Source: an uncultured Bacteroidales bacterium (GTDB lineage: Bacteria > Bacteroidota > Bacteroidia > Bacteroidales > UBA932). Taken from it: 40,000 bases of DNA. How positions within the stretch are numbered: the first letter of the stretch is position 1; every line of letters starts with the position of its first letter. The stretch is taken from NCBI GenBank assembly GCA_942492945.1, contig OW818649.1, positions 1,211,019 through 1,251,018 on the forward strand, given 5' to 3'. Positions 26,407 to 36,700 of this stretch are shown piece after piece. The position numbers and the translations under genes are program-made. The notes below the pieces were generated by a model. The model was given only the letters and a program-made list of their open reading frames with translations. It was not told where the DNA came from and did not search any database.

Positions 26407-27258
26407 ATGGAAATGCTAGTTGAGACAGCAGTAATAAATGGGATAAAGTATATAAAGGACGAAAACGAACATGTCTTTCTTGTACCTGTTACAAAGTTAG
26501 GTGACTTTCGTGCCATTGACTTACCAAGTCAATCAAGTTTACATGTAACGGGAATAGACCTTAATGACTTATCTCTTTATTTTTCAGTTGTTCACGGTGG
26601 CAATGGCTATGCATCAATATTTATCCTGTTTTCAATTCAATGTAACGATTATTCGGAAGGTAGTAGGCGAATTCACGAGACAGTTAATGCCATTGCAACA
26701 ATTGCATCCCCAAATTACCTTGACACTCCACGAATTGGGGCTGACCAGAACGACGATAACATGTGGAAACATTACGTTACTTACAGTTTTGATGAAGAAT
26801 TGTCCTGCAAAATAATTGTAAGAGAACTGGCAGAACAGATAATTTATGCATTGACAAATGCTAAACCAAGTATTCAAGCATTCCTTTGTCATTCTTCTGA
26901 AGATAAGCATATTGTAGAGCAATTTGCTTATAGACTTCGTTCAACAAAAAGCTATGTATGGTTTGACAAATGGGAAATTAAAGTTGGAGATAGTATTGTT
27001 GAAAAAATAAATGAAGGATTAGAGAAAATGACTCACTTGATTATTTTTTTATCAAAATCATCTGTTAATAAGCCTTGGGTGAAAAAAGAATTATCATCAG
27101 CATTAATGAGAAAACTAGAAGACAACTCTGTTAGGGTAATGCCGATAAAAATTAATGAATGTGATATTCCTGTAATAATAAAAGACATTAAATATGCTGA
27201 TTGCACGGAAGATTTTGAGAGTGGATTTAGTCAACTAATTGCTGACATCACAAACTAA
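26407..27258 (+). CDS. cassette ORF: TIR-domain protein with an unknown N-terminal domain
   Basis: The C-terminal roughly 125 aa read AFLCHSSEDKHIVEQFAYRLRS...VWFDKWEIKVGDSI...IIFLSKSSVNKPWVKKELSSAL, a bacterial TIR pattern that includes the conserved Glu (codon 27088-27090). The N-terminal roughly 155 aa were not recognised. Confidence 0.75.
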   Translation: MEMLVETAVINGIKYIKDENEHVFLVPVTKLGDFRAIDLPSQSSLHVTGIDLNDLSLYFSVVHGGNGYASIFILFSIQCNDYSEGSRRIHETVNAIATIASPNYLDTPRIGADQNDDNMWKHYVTYSFDEELSCKIIVRELAEQIIYALTNAKPSIQAFLCHSSEDKHIVEQFAYRLRSTKSYVWFDKWEIKVGDSIVEKINEGLEKMTHLIIFLSKSSVNKPWVKKELSSALMRKLEDNSVRVMPIKINECDIPVIIKDIKYADCTEDFESGFSQLIADITN

Positions 27259-27307
27259 ACATTATAGAACACGAATGACTATTAAACATCAGACTAACAA
27301 TAGCCCA

Positions 27308-27423
27308 GCCGCCAACACACAATATAAAACAGTTGGGGTTCACTGGTTTGCGAGGGTTTGGTTCTCGCGCCAGCATTCTTGTCGGTGGACAAGAACGCAG
27401 CCCGAAAACCCAACCGTTTCATA
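27308..27423 (+). repeat. attC-like site of the TIR cassette, 5' part (interrupted by a group II intron)
   Basis: GCCGCCAAC (27308-27316) is the reverse complement of the cassette start GTTGGCGGC (26349). The left arm tataaaacagttggggtt matches the reverse complement of aaacccaaccgtttcata (27406-27423). Confidence 0.6.
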
Positions 27424-29372
27424 GTGTGCCGAGAAGCAGAACAACGGCAAAAGAACGTTCTGCATGCTGTAATTGAGATGGTGGAAACAGTTTAAGTTGG
27501 CCCACCGATGCCGTCTTACAGGAGGGGGCATCAAACCACCTGAAGGTGCTTTGGTAAAGAGCCATGGTGCTGAGCGTTCAGGTTAAAAGTTGCACTATTA
27601 GTGTGGCTTGGTATGAATAAAGGAGTTGAACGAAAGTGAATCGCTGATGAGGTGTCGAGAAGTTGCCACACCCTGTCAAAAGCTACAGGGCTGAGCGTAA
27701 AAAACAGTCCAGGGAACTGTTTTTGCGAAGAGCCAAGCCGGTGGGCTGCGAACGGAGTTATAAGTTTAGCGGATACCTGATTTACTGGCTAAGCGGCAGG
27801 CGTCATACAGGCGACAAGACCTTTATTCAGGCTTAATTACGGAACTCGGGAACCTGCACGACAATGCCAAGGGAGGAACACAATGGGATCACCCCAGAGG
27901 TTTAAAACCGAAGAGCCGTGCAGGGACGGACTAACCCGTATTAGTGATGAAGTTCCTGTAATGGGAATGGAGCGAAGGGGTTAGGTTATACAGTATCATA
28001 ACATTTAACAACTCGCAAGAGGATGACTTTATGGAATGAGACAAGATCAGTACCGGTAAGCAAGGAACAAGTATGGCTTGCTTACAAGAAAGTGCGTTCC
28101 AACCAAGGGAGTGCCGGAGTCGACCAGATCAGCATGGAAGAATATGATGCAGAACGGTCTAAGCACTTGTACAAACTATGGAACAGGATGGCATCGGGGA
28201 GTTATTTTCCCCCACCTGTCAAAGAAGTTGAGATACCTAAGAAAGACGGTAAAGTCCGCAAACTTGGAATCCCAACCATCAGCGACCGTGTTGCACAAAT
28301 GGTCATCAAGGAATACCTTGAACCAAGGTTCGAACAAATATTCAGCCCGCACTCATACGGTTACCGTCCTGGCAAGAATGCCCATCAGGCGTTGTCTGCG
28401 GTCCGGGCAAACGTGCGAATGCTGGATTGGGCAATAGACCTTGACATTAAAGGTTTCTTCGACAATATTGACCACGAGAAGCTGATGCTTGCGTTGAAGA
28501 AACATGTAAACGAGAAGTGGTGCCTTATGTACATTAAGCGGTGGTTACAGACACCCGTGCAAACGATAACCGGAGAGCTAGTAGCGAAGCATGGGAAAGG
28601 TACACCACAGGGAGGAGTGATAAGCCCATTACTGGCCAACCTGTTTCTTCATTACGCCATGGACAAATGGTTGGAGAAAACCCACTCTGCGGTGAGGTAC
28701 GTGCGTTATGCCGATGATGCGATACTGCACTGCAAGAGCAAAGAACAGGCTGACTATGTGTTGCGCAACCTGAACAAACGGATGAGACAGTGCGGACTTG
28801 AACTGCACCCTGAAAAGACAAAGCTTGTTTACTGTAGGGACTACAGACGACAAGGTGAGTACTCGAATGTTAAGTTCGATTTTCTTGGGTACTCGTTTCA
28901 GCCTCGCACAGCAAAGTCGAAGAGGGACGGGGCACTGTACCTCGGCTACGACTGCGCCATCAGTATTAGTTCAAAGAAGCGTATTGCAGAAAAGATGAGA
29001 GAACAGGACATTGACCACCTGACGCACAAAAGCATAGTAGGGGTTGCCCAATTTCTGGAGCCGTATATCAGGGGATGGATCAATTACTACGGAAAGTTCA
29101 GGTTATGGGAGATGAATACGGTCTTTCAGCTTTTACGAAGACGGCTTGTAATGTGGGCACGGAAACGGTACAAGCGTTACAAGACGAGTATTAACCGGGC
29201 CTATAGTTGGCTTGAAAGAGTTAAAGAACAATATCCGACATTGTTTTACCAATGGAGGGTAGGTTTCTCGTAATGAATTGCTTAGATTTGTATAACAAGA
29301 GCCGTGTGATGGGAGACTATCAAGCACGGTTCTGTGAGAGGCTGGAGGGGAAGTTCCTCCGGCCTACTCGAC
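27424..29372 (+). mobile_element. group II intron (bacterial class C-like, no endonuclease domain) inserted in an attC
   Basis: The 5' end GTGTG lies about 600 nt upstream of the RT ORF in GC-rich structured sequence. Domain V is gagccgtgtgatgggagactatcaagcacggttc (29299-29332). The domain VI hairpin has a bulged A 7 nt from the proposed 3' end (..cctActcgac). The boundaries were set by hand and are accurate to within a few nt. Confidence 0.75.
28023..29273 (+). CDS. group II intron reverse transcriptase/maturase
   Basis: 416 aa with RT motifs (GVDQIS, IPKKDGKVRKLGIPTISDRV, GYRPGKNAHQA, TPQGGVISPLLANL, the YADD box in RYADDAILHC) followed by a maturase X domain (GWINYYG). There is no HNH/En domain. 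Confidence 0.9.
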   Translation: MTLWNETRSVPVSKEQVWLAYKKVRSNQGSAGVDQISMEEYDAERSKHLYKLWNRMASGSYFPPPVKEVEIPKKDGKVRKLGIPTISDRVAQMVIKEYLEPRFEQIFSPHSYGYRPGKNAHQALSAVRANVRMLDWAIDLDIKGFFDNIDHEKLMLALKKHVNEKWCLMYIKRWLQTPVQTITGELVAKHGKGTPQGGVISPLLANLFLHYAMDKWLEKTHSAVRYVRYADDAILHCKSKEQADYVLRNLNKRMRQCGLELHPEKTKLVYCRDYRRQGEYSNVKFDFLGYSFQPRTAKSKRDGALYLGYDCAISISSKKRIAEKMREQDIDHLTHKSIVGVAQFLEPYIRGWINYYGKFRLWEMNTVFQLLRRRLVMWARKRYKRYKTSINRAYSWLERVKEQYPTLFYQWRVGFS

Positions 29373-29388
29373 CCGCAAAACGTTATGT
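29373..29388 (+). repeat. attC-like site of the TIR cassette, 3' part with right core GTTATGT
   Basis: ccgcaaaacGTTATGT resembles the 3' arms of the attCs at 24259-24274 and 24916-24930. GTTATGTGCC starts the next cassette. Confidence 0.6.
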
Positions 29389-29408
29389 GCCATGTTAAAA
29401 CAAACCCC

Positions 29409-29978
29409 ATGAAATTGATACTGACAATTTTTATAAGCTTATGCTCTCTGACAATTTATTCGCAGACAAATGATTTCTTTCCAACAAAAATTAATTGTAG
29501 CAAGGAGATATCTGGAGTTTCAAAGGATTATTGTATTTATGATTTAGGCGATCATATTCTTCTCGTTGGATTTAATACTAATAATTTAATAGCAATGATT
29601 AAATCCAAAAAGTCAAAGGATCTTGGATTTGTGTATGATGAGACAACTTCTGACGCTATGATTATTAAGCCAAAATTCTTTGAAAGCACTGACAAGAAAA
29701 TTATTGTCATAATGCTTGAACTTGCAGCTGAATATAGCTGGGGACAAAAGATTGTTATGATTAAGAATGACAAGGTTTATGATTGTGGCTTCCTGGATTA
29801 TATGACAAATGAGAATAATGGAGAATCGATTGCAAAATATGCGATACTAAAACAAGTAAATGGACAAATCGTTCTAACTTTTCAGCCACAAGACTTCGCA
29901 GACAAGGATGAAAGAATTGTTAAATCGCAAACTTTGAAATATTTACTAACGGATAAAGGATTAAAACAGATAAAATAA
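29409..29978 (+). CDS. cassette ORF: hypothetical secreted protein
   Basis: Signal peptide MKLILTIFISLCSLTIYSQ. Start moved from 29334, because the upstream part of the track ORF runs through intron domain VI and the attC. Confidence 0.6.
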   Translation: MKLILTIFISLCSLTIYSQTNDFFPTKINCSKEISGVSKDYCIYDLGDHILLVGFNTNNLIAMIKSKKSKDLGFVYDETTSDAMIIKPKFFESTDKKIIVIMLELAAEYSWGQKIVMIKNDKVYDCGFLDYMTNENNGESIAKYAILKQVNGQIVLTFQPQDFADKDERIVKSQTLKYLLTDKGLKQIK

Positions 29979-29986
29979 AACACGGC

Positions 29987-30116
29987 ACATAACATCATAT
30001 AAATTTTATTGGGGCGGAATTGCTGATTTTAAAGAGCTTGCTTCTAATTTAGCTCTTAACGTACCGACAAGAAATCGCTTCGTAATCCCCAACAAATTTT
30101 ATATGTAACGTTAGGC
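29987..30116 (+). repeat. attC-like site (130 bp)
   Basis: GGCACATAAC is the reverse complement of the cassette start GTTATGTGCC (29382). The arms are catcatataaattttattgggg and ccccaacaaattttatatg. The right core is GTTAGGC. Confidence 0.8.
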
Positions 30117-30129
30117 GGCATATTAACGA

Positions 30130-31522
30130 ATGAAGAAAGGACCAACAACATATACGACAATAAGAGAAATTGATATCAATTTGGATATTGATGTTTTCTT
30201 ATTGAATTCGCGAATTTTTACCACGACAGATTTAAGTATAGTTGATAAACATCACAAATCAGAAAAAGGGAAAAAGTATTTATGCATTAGTATTCAAATT
30301 CAACTTGACGATTTTGAATCCGTGTCTGACGGTGCCGCGTATGCAAGGCCACGATTTTTAATAATTTTAGGCATATTGACTTTCTTAACTCAAGAACTAT
30401 TTACACCATTCGAGTTTTTTAGTAATTCAACAGTCGTTGGAAATCTAAAAAGAGGTAAACGAAATAAATTCAAATTTAATAAGTCAAACTACTTGTCTGA
30501 CTTCAATAAAATTGTGGCCCTTACAGAATCTCAAAATGAAAATGAAAAAAAGGCTCTTCTATTCTCTGATAGATCGATACCGAAAAGCCCTATACTTGGA
30601 AAAGGAAAGTGCAGAAAACATGATACATGATGATGAGGTTCTTCTTTCACACTTTCACATTCTAGAACTACTCTCAACCAAATACTATGCTAGACAAAAG
30701 GAATTAGCAACTCAATCGATTAAGCAATTCTCAGAGAATATACTCAAAGACATTTACCTATTAGAAGGCAATCAGCTTCAATCAGAACAGAGTTCCAAAA
30801 GCAAACTCATTGAAAGTATTCTCATCTCTGAACTGCCGGTTGCAAGCAAAATAATGTTCATGTTTCAAGAACAAGGCATTTTAACGCATCGTCTCAAAGC
30901 CTTCATTTCAGACTTGGTAAAAGATCGCAACTCAGTTGCACATGGTAGACATGTTTATCAGGAAAGGGTCATTTTCCCAGTACCTCCTTTCTTTCCGCTA
31001 ATTAGAAACAGAGAATATTCTTTTGAAATGCTTAGAATTTTATCAGGTAGGTCAATCGCTTCGTTCTTGAATCTGGATTATTTAGACGAAGAATGGGCCG
31101 AATTGGGCTTACCTCCTTCCATTGATGAGCTGAATAAATTTATTAGTGAAAAGCGATTTGAAAAAATTAAAATTGACGATTTTTATGCTGGCAATGACAA
31201 CGATATTACACCCTATACATTTGCGTACTACTTGCTAAATAAAAAACTGAAAATAGAAAACGCCATAATTGCTCTATCTGACACTATTTTGAAATACAGG
31301 AAAATTGAAGATGAGATAACACAGATTGTCTTGGCTGTGGTCTTAATCGTTGACAAAGCAAAAGGTGAATTAAAAAATAAATGTATTGAAATCATAAAAC
31401 TTTCCTCTGAAAATCGCTGGTTACCTGACTTTAAAATGAGAGATGTCTTGTATTATCTTGAATATTTAGGACACGAGCCAAAGACACTTCGAGAAATGAT
31501 AACAAAACGAGAGATTAGATGA
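30130..31522 (+). pseudogene. cassette gene for a HEPN-motif (RNxxAH) protein, split by a frameshift in an A7 run (alternatively two separate ORFs, 30130-30630 and 30512-31522)
   Basis: Two overlapping ORFs lie in adjacent frames. The frames switch at aaaaaaa (30545-30551), and removing one A would fuse them into one ORF of about 464 aa. The downstream part carries LVKDRNSVAHGRH (Rx4H at 30926-30943). Confidence 0.5.
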
Positions 31523-31531
31523 AATACGACC

Positions 31532-31662
31532 GCCTAACATGGGTTTTGCGTTAGTGGGCGGACAGTGCGACTAGTAACATTTGAGCAATTAATAAACGTT
31601 GGTGCTGCCAGACAGTTTTCGGTTTCAAAAGCCCACCAACGCAAAGCCCGAAACCGTTAGCG
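31532..31662 (+). repeat. attC-like site (131 bp)
   Basis: CCGCCTAAC is the reverse complement of the cassette start GTTAGGCGG (30110). The arms are atgggttttgcgttagtgggc and gcccaccaacgcaaagccc. The right core is GTTAGCG. Confidence 0.8.
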
Positions 31663-31704
31663 GTTATGCTAAAAAAACGACACACAGTCAAACAACTATG
31701 ATAA

Positions 31705-32103
31705 ATGAAAATTGAATTTGACATACCTGATGAAAAAGTTCAAGACCTTAACATAAATGGCAGGTCTGAACTGACTCGACATTGTAAACAGTGGACCGAG
31801 GACATCATTGATGAAGCAACAAGGATTGAAGCTAGCAGAAATGATGGAACAAGTATTGAGATTACTGCTGCAATAATAAGTGAAGCAGCAACTTATTCTA
31901 AAAGATTTCCATTAAAAAAGAAAATAAAATGGTGGTTAAAAGCAATCCAAGTAACAGCTTTTATTTCTTCTTTATTAGCAGGAAGTCTACTTGATATAGA
32001 AAAATTCAAAGAGACAAGCCATGTTATTTGGTTTATCGCAACTTTATTTGTAGCAGTTGCAACCACTGTTTATTTAACTTTTAACTCTGAGAAAAATGGA
32101 TAA
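31705..32103 (+). CDS. cassette ORF (gene 1 of a two-gene cassette): small protein with two C-terminal TM helices
   Basis: 132 aa with TM segments AIQVTAFISSLLAGSLL and VIWFIATLFVAVATTVYLTF. Its stop overlaps the start of the next ORF by 8 nt. Confidence 0.6.
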   Translation: MKIEFDIPDEKVQDLNINGRSELTRHCKQWTEDIIDEATRIEASRNDGTSIEITAAIISEAATYSKRFPLKKKIKWWLKAIQVTAFISSLLAGSLLDIEKFKETSHVIWFIATLFVAVATTVYLTFNSEKNG

Positions 32104-32824
32104 GAACTATATATATGAAAAGCTGACTCCATCAGCAAAAGAAGCATTGAATGAAACAATACAGGAGCTTCATGACTTGTTGATTTCGAGAGCGAATTCA
32201 ATAGCTCAAAAGGGACAAACTGCTGACAAAGAAATCTCATTAAGGGACATAATTGAAGCAAAAGAATCATTATTCAAAGCCAAATTGGATAAGGAAAAAT
32301 CTGACTATAGACGTAAAAGAATGATGACCCTCATTTCCTTAACTGGTGCCTTATATTCTATAATTGGAATATTTGTTTATATATATCAAAATCAAGATTT
32401 TGTATTAGAGAAAAATCTTGGACTTATAATCATACTAACTGGCATTATGACAATATTTGTGGGATTTGTTTATTTTCAATTATCTAGAAAATCAGATGAA
32501 AAGTCTAAAGATTTAGATATGGATTATAGCAGTTCTGACAGTGATTTCGATATAATAAAACGTTGGCAAATAATTGAAAAATTGGGAAGCAATTTAATGA
32601 GACAACGTGGATTTTCAAATAATGAATCAAAATCAATAAATGATATTTTAAAGTTTCTTTCATTTGAGCTAAAAGATGAAATGTTATACATTGAAATGAG
32701 AGAGCTTTTATCGATACGAAATAGAATTTTACATGAAGGTTATGAATTGACTCGAAATGAGAAACAATTATATTTAAATAAAGCCGAAAAGATAATTGAA
32801 TTACTCGAAAAACTAGAAAGATAA
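32096..32824 (+). CDS. cassette ORF (gene 2): membrane protein with a C-terminal HEPN-like RNxxxH motif
   Basis: 242 aa with two central TM helices. The C-terminal region reads ELLSIRNRILHEG (Rx4H at 32717-32734). Confidence 0.6.
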   Translation: MDKNYIYEKLTPSAKEALNETIQELHDLLISRANSIAQKGQTADKEISLRDIIEAKESLFKAKLDKEKSDYRRKRMMTLISLTGALYSIIGIFVYIYQNQDFVLEKNLGLIIILTGIMTIFVGFVYFQLSRKSDEKSKDLDMDYSSSDSDFDIIKRWQIIEKLGSNLMRQRGFSNNESKSINDILKFLSFELKDEMLYIEMRELLSIRNRILHEGYELTRNEKQLYLNKAEKIIELLEKLER

Positions 32825-32833
32825 AGCACAAAC

Positions 32834-32962
32834 CGCTAACACGCGGTATAGCCAATAAGGGTTTCAGAGGTATGCGAAGGGTTGTAGCCCACCTCAAAGT
32901 TCGTTGTAACTTGACAGGAAATCGCCCGCAATCCCTTACTGGCCATACCGCCACCGTTGAAG
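32834..32962 (+). repeat. attC-like site (129 bp)
   Basis: AACCGCTAAC is the reverse complement of the cassette start GTTAGCGGTT (31656). The arms are cgcggtatagccaataaggg and cccttactggccataccgcc. The right core is GTTGAAG. Confidence 0.8.
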
Positions 32963-33006
32963 GGCATTAAAACAAATATCATCTTATAAAACAACGTAAT
33001 AAAAGA

Positions 33007-33561
33007 ATGGAACAATCAAATAGATCTTTGGAAGAACTAAGAAAGAAGAAATGGTCCTATGTTTTTTTGCATGGCTCTGTTTATTGGGGATTACCTGTTG
33101 CAATTATTGCGTTTGTATTTAATAGCGACTTTGAAATTGAGAACATGCATATTTCAAGATTCATACTATTTGTAATAGTATTTATGATTACGGGAATATT
33201 CACAGGAATTATGCAATTTAAGCAAATAGAGAAGGTTCGTTTAAGGCAAAATGACAATGAGGAAATTACACAAGGAATTCAGATAATAAAATCCGGGAAC
33301 TTATGGAGTTATGAGAGTTTGAATATTTACATGGAGAATATTGAAACCCTACTCGTTCAAAATGAAAAATTCTGGTTTGAAGGGAATACATCTCCTGAAA
33401 GAATTAATGAATGTTTTAATGTAGTTTTGGAAGATTTTCAACAATTACAAAAAAACACTAGTTTTAATGAATTCACAAGAACCCTTGAAGTGAAAGTCCA
33501 GATATTTGATAATTCTGGGAGTAAGTTTCTTTTGTTTGAAAAAGTAATTAGTAAAAATTAA
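33007..33561 (+). CDS. cassette ORF: hypothetical protein with two TM helices
   Basis: 184 aa with TM segments VYWGLPVAIIAFVF and FILFVIVFMITGIFTGIMQF. No family recognised. Confidence 0.6.
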   Translation: MEQSNRSLEELRKKKWSYVFLHGSVYWGLPVAIIAFVFNSDFEIENMHISRFILFVIVFMITGIFTGIMQFKQIEKVRLRQNDNEEITQGIQIIKSGNLWSYESLNIYMENIETLLVQNEKFWFEGNTSPERINECFNVVLEDFQQLQKNTSFNEFTRTLEVKVQIFDNSGSKFLLFEKVISKN

Positions 33562-33565
33562 CGCC

Positions 33566-33627
33566 CTTCAACACAGGCTAAAAGTCAAGCGGGAAAACAC
33601 GCCAGCTTTTAGCCTGAAACGTTGTGT
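33566..33627 (+). repeat. attC-like site (62 bp)
   Basis: GCCCTTCAAC is the reverse complement of the cassette start GTTGAAGGGC (32956). The stem caggctaaaag/cttttagcctg is perfect. The right core is GTTGTGT. Confidence 0.85.
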
Positions 33628-33774
33628 TTCATGCTAAGAGAGACCGTGCAACAAATGCCAACGCACATTTGGCACATTTGCAAGCCCAAACCCACAAGCC
33701 GATGCTTCAGCTTGCAAAAGAGCCAAATTTTTGCCGACGCACTTCGCTGAGTTATAAAGAATAGAGTTTAAAAT

Positions 33775-36700
33775 ATGATAAAACTTAATTGGAATATATT
33801 TAAAGCAAAATTTGATGGACAAGAGACATCTATGTTCGAATTGTTAGCCTACCATCTATTTTGCGATGAATATAATATTCCAACTGGTATTTTTAGATTC
33901 AAAAACCAGACAGGAATAGAAACAGAACCAATTGAAAGAGATGGAGAATTGATTGGTTTTCAAGCGAAATTTTATGAATCAAAAGTTTCAGATAACAAGG
34001 ACGATATTATTGATTCCTTAAAAAAAGCAAAATCAAAAAATAAAGACTTAGATAAGATTCTTTTTTATCTAAATCAAGAGTTTTCAGAAAGTTCGAGTAA
34101 AGAAAAGAAAGACCCTAAAAACAAAATTGAAATTGAGGAAGAAGCTGAAAAATTAAATATTAAGTTAATATGGAAAGTCCAAAGTAATTTTGAGATTCAA
34201 CTTGCAAAACCCTCTATTTCATATTTAAGTGAGTACTTTTTTAGTAATGAAAAATCAAAAGTTGATTCACTAAAAGAGTTAGGTTTCCACGCCAAAAGTA
34301 TTTTAACTCCAATTCACTGTGATATAAAGTTTAAAGATGATAGAATTAAAATTGACAGGAACGAATTATTAATAGAAATAGAGTCTCAATTAAATACATC
34401 CAAATCAATTATAATTAGTGGAAATGGCGGGACTGGTAAAACAGCTTTAATAAAAGAACTTTATGATAGAAACAATGATAAGCCCTTTTATATTTTTAAA
34501 GCTAATGAATTTTTGGTAAAGCATATTAATGACTTATTTAAACCTTACTCTTTTACATTTGGGGACTTCTTGGATTGCCATGAAAATGAAACATCAAAGA
34601 TAGTTATAATTGATTCTGCCGAAAGATTATCTGAGATTGATAATAATGAACCGTTTAAAGAGTTTGTTGCTTCTTTAATTGAAAAAGATTGGTGCATTAT
34701 TTTCACAACAAGAAACATTTATCTTGATGATTTACGGTTTCAACTCATCCATGTATACAGATTGTCACCTAGGAATTTAAATTTAGAAAATTTGACGGAA
34801 GAAGAGCTAGATAAATTAGCTATAGATTATGGTTTTGTAATTCCTCCTGAAATAAGATTACGGCGGCTGATACGAAATCCCTTCTACCTAAATCAGTATT
34901 TGAATTTTTATTCTGTAGATAGTCAAAAGGCAAGCTATTCTGATTTCAAAACTAATCTGTGGAAAATTAAGATTCAAAATTCAACATACACAAAGAACAA
35001 TTTGCATATTGAAAGGGAAGAATGTTTTTTGTCTCTAGCAAATGACAGAAGCAAGAGTGGTAACTTCTATTCAAAAGGTGAAAGTTGTTCTCAGGAAGCC
35101 TTGTCTTTACTTCAACTTGAAGAAATTATTGAATATAGTTCATCAAATTCAGGATATTTCATTACTCATGACATATATGAGGAATGGGCTCTTGATTTAA
35201 TAATTGAAAAAAACTATCAAGAACATAAAGGAAATGTAGACCTGTTTTTTAAAGAACTTGGTACTTCGCTTTCAATTCGAAGAGCTTTTAGATTGTGGAT
35301 TACAAATACAATAATTATTAACCCGAATGATGTAGAAGAAATAATTGAAGAAGTAATCTATTCAAGTATTATTGATGCTTCATGGAAAGACGAAGTTTTA
35401 ATATCCATATTACTTTCAGAAATGTCTAATACTTTCTTTGAAGAAAGGAAAGTATTACTGTTCAAAGATGATTTCAAGCTTTTAAAAAGAATCATTTTCT
35501 TGTTAAGAACAGCTTGTAAGGAAGTTAATGAATCATTGATGAGGGTTTTAAAAGGTAATGATGAAGATATAAGTCCAGAATATATTTTTACAATACCCAA
35601 AGGTTCTGGGTGGTGTGCTATAATTAATTTGGTCTACAGTGAACTTGAATCTTTTAAAATTGAAGATGTGTCATTCTTAATTCCGTTGCTTAAAGAATGG
35701 AATGATGAATTTAAAACAGGTATTGTTACAAGAAGTTCAACTAAAATAGCTTTAAAGTTTTATGAGGATATTACTTCCGAAAAGGAAGCATATAGATATT
35801 CCGATTTATCAACAGACTTGGTGAAAATTATAATTCAAGGAGCTAATGAAGTCACAAAAGAATTACGCATAATATTTGAACAAGTAATTAAAAACAAGTG
35901 GTATAAGCATAGTTCACCCTATAACAAACTTTGTAAAGATATACTTACAAAGACTAATGAAAACATCCCAGTCATTAAAGCGTTGCCAATTGAAGTCATG
36001 AAACTAGCTGATTTATTCTGGTTTAATCATGATACTGAAGATGATAGGTTTGGCTACGGAGGGATTGATATGGAACAATATTATTCGTTGAATAAAAATG
36101 GCTTAGATTACTATCCTACAAGTGCTTTACAAACTCCTATTTACTGGTTACTTCGTTTCTCTCCAAAGGATACTTTTGATTTCATCATAAGTTTTACAAA
36201 TAAAGCTGTAGAAGCTTTTTCTAAATCAAAATATGGTGATACTGTTGAATTAATTGATATTCATCTTGATAATGGTAAAATACAAAAACAATTTGTAAGT
36301 GATGCAATATGGTCAATGTATAGAGGAACAGGTTCACCAGTGACCCCAAAAGTATTACAGTGTATTCATATGGCACTAGAAAAATACTTATTAGAAACTG
36401 CTAAATTTGATGATAATGGCAATCTTTCAGGTTGGTTTAAATATTTAATACGGAACTCCAAATCTGCTTCAATAACAGCTGTTGTTGCCAGTGTTGTAAT
36501 TGCGAATCATGATAAGTATTATGATACAGCCGAAATACTTTTTAAAACACTTCAATTATTCTCGTATGATATGCAACGTGTATTATCAGAGCATATCGCC
36601 AAGTTTATGTATGGTATGGGCTATGGCTTAAATCAGAGGCACAAAACTTTCGCTGATGAAAGAGTTAAAACTTTAGAAGACCCTCAGAGGAAAGTATCAT

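Noticed and set aside
27239-27534. ORFs 27239-27424 (+) and 27340-27534 (-)
   Set aside because: They lie in the attC left half and in the 5' ribozyme domains of the group II intron, so they are non-coding structured sequence.
29334-29408. Upstream extension of the ORF starting at 29334
   Set aside because: This part overlaps intron domain VI and the attC right half. A signal peptide begins at the internal ATG 29409.
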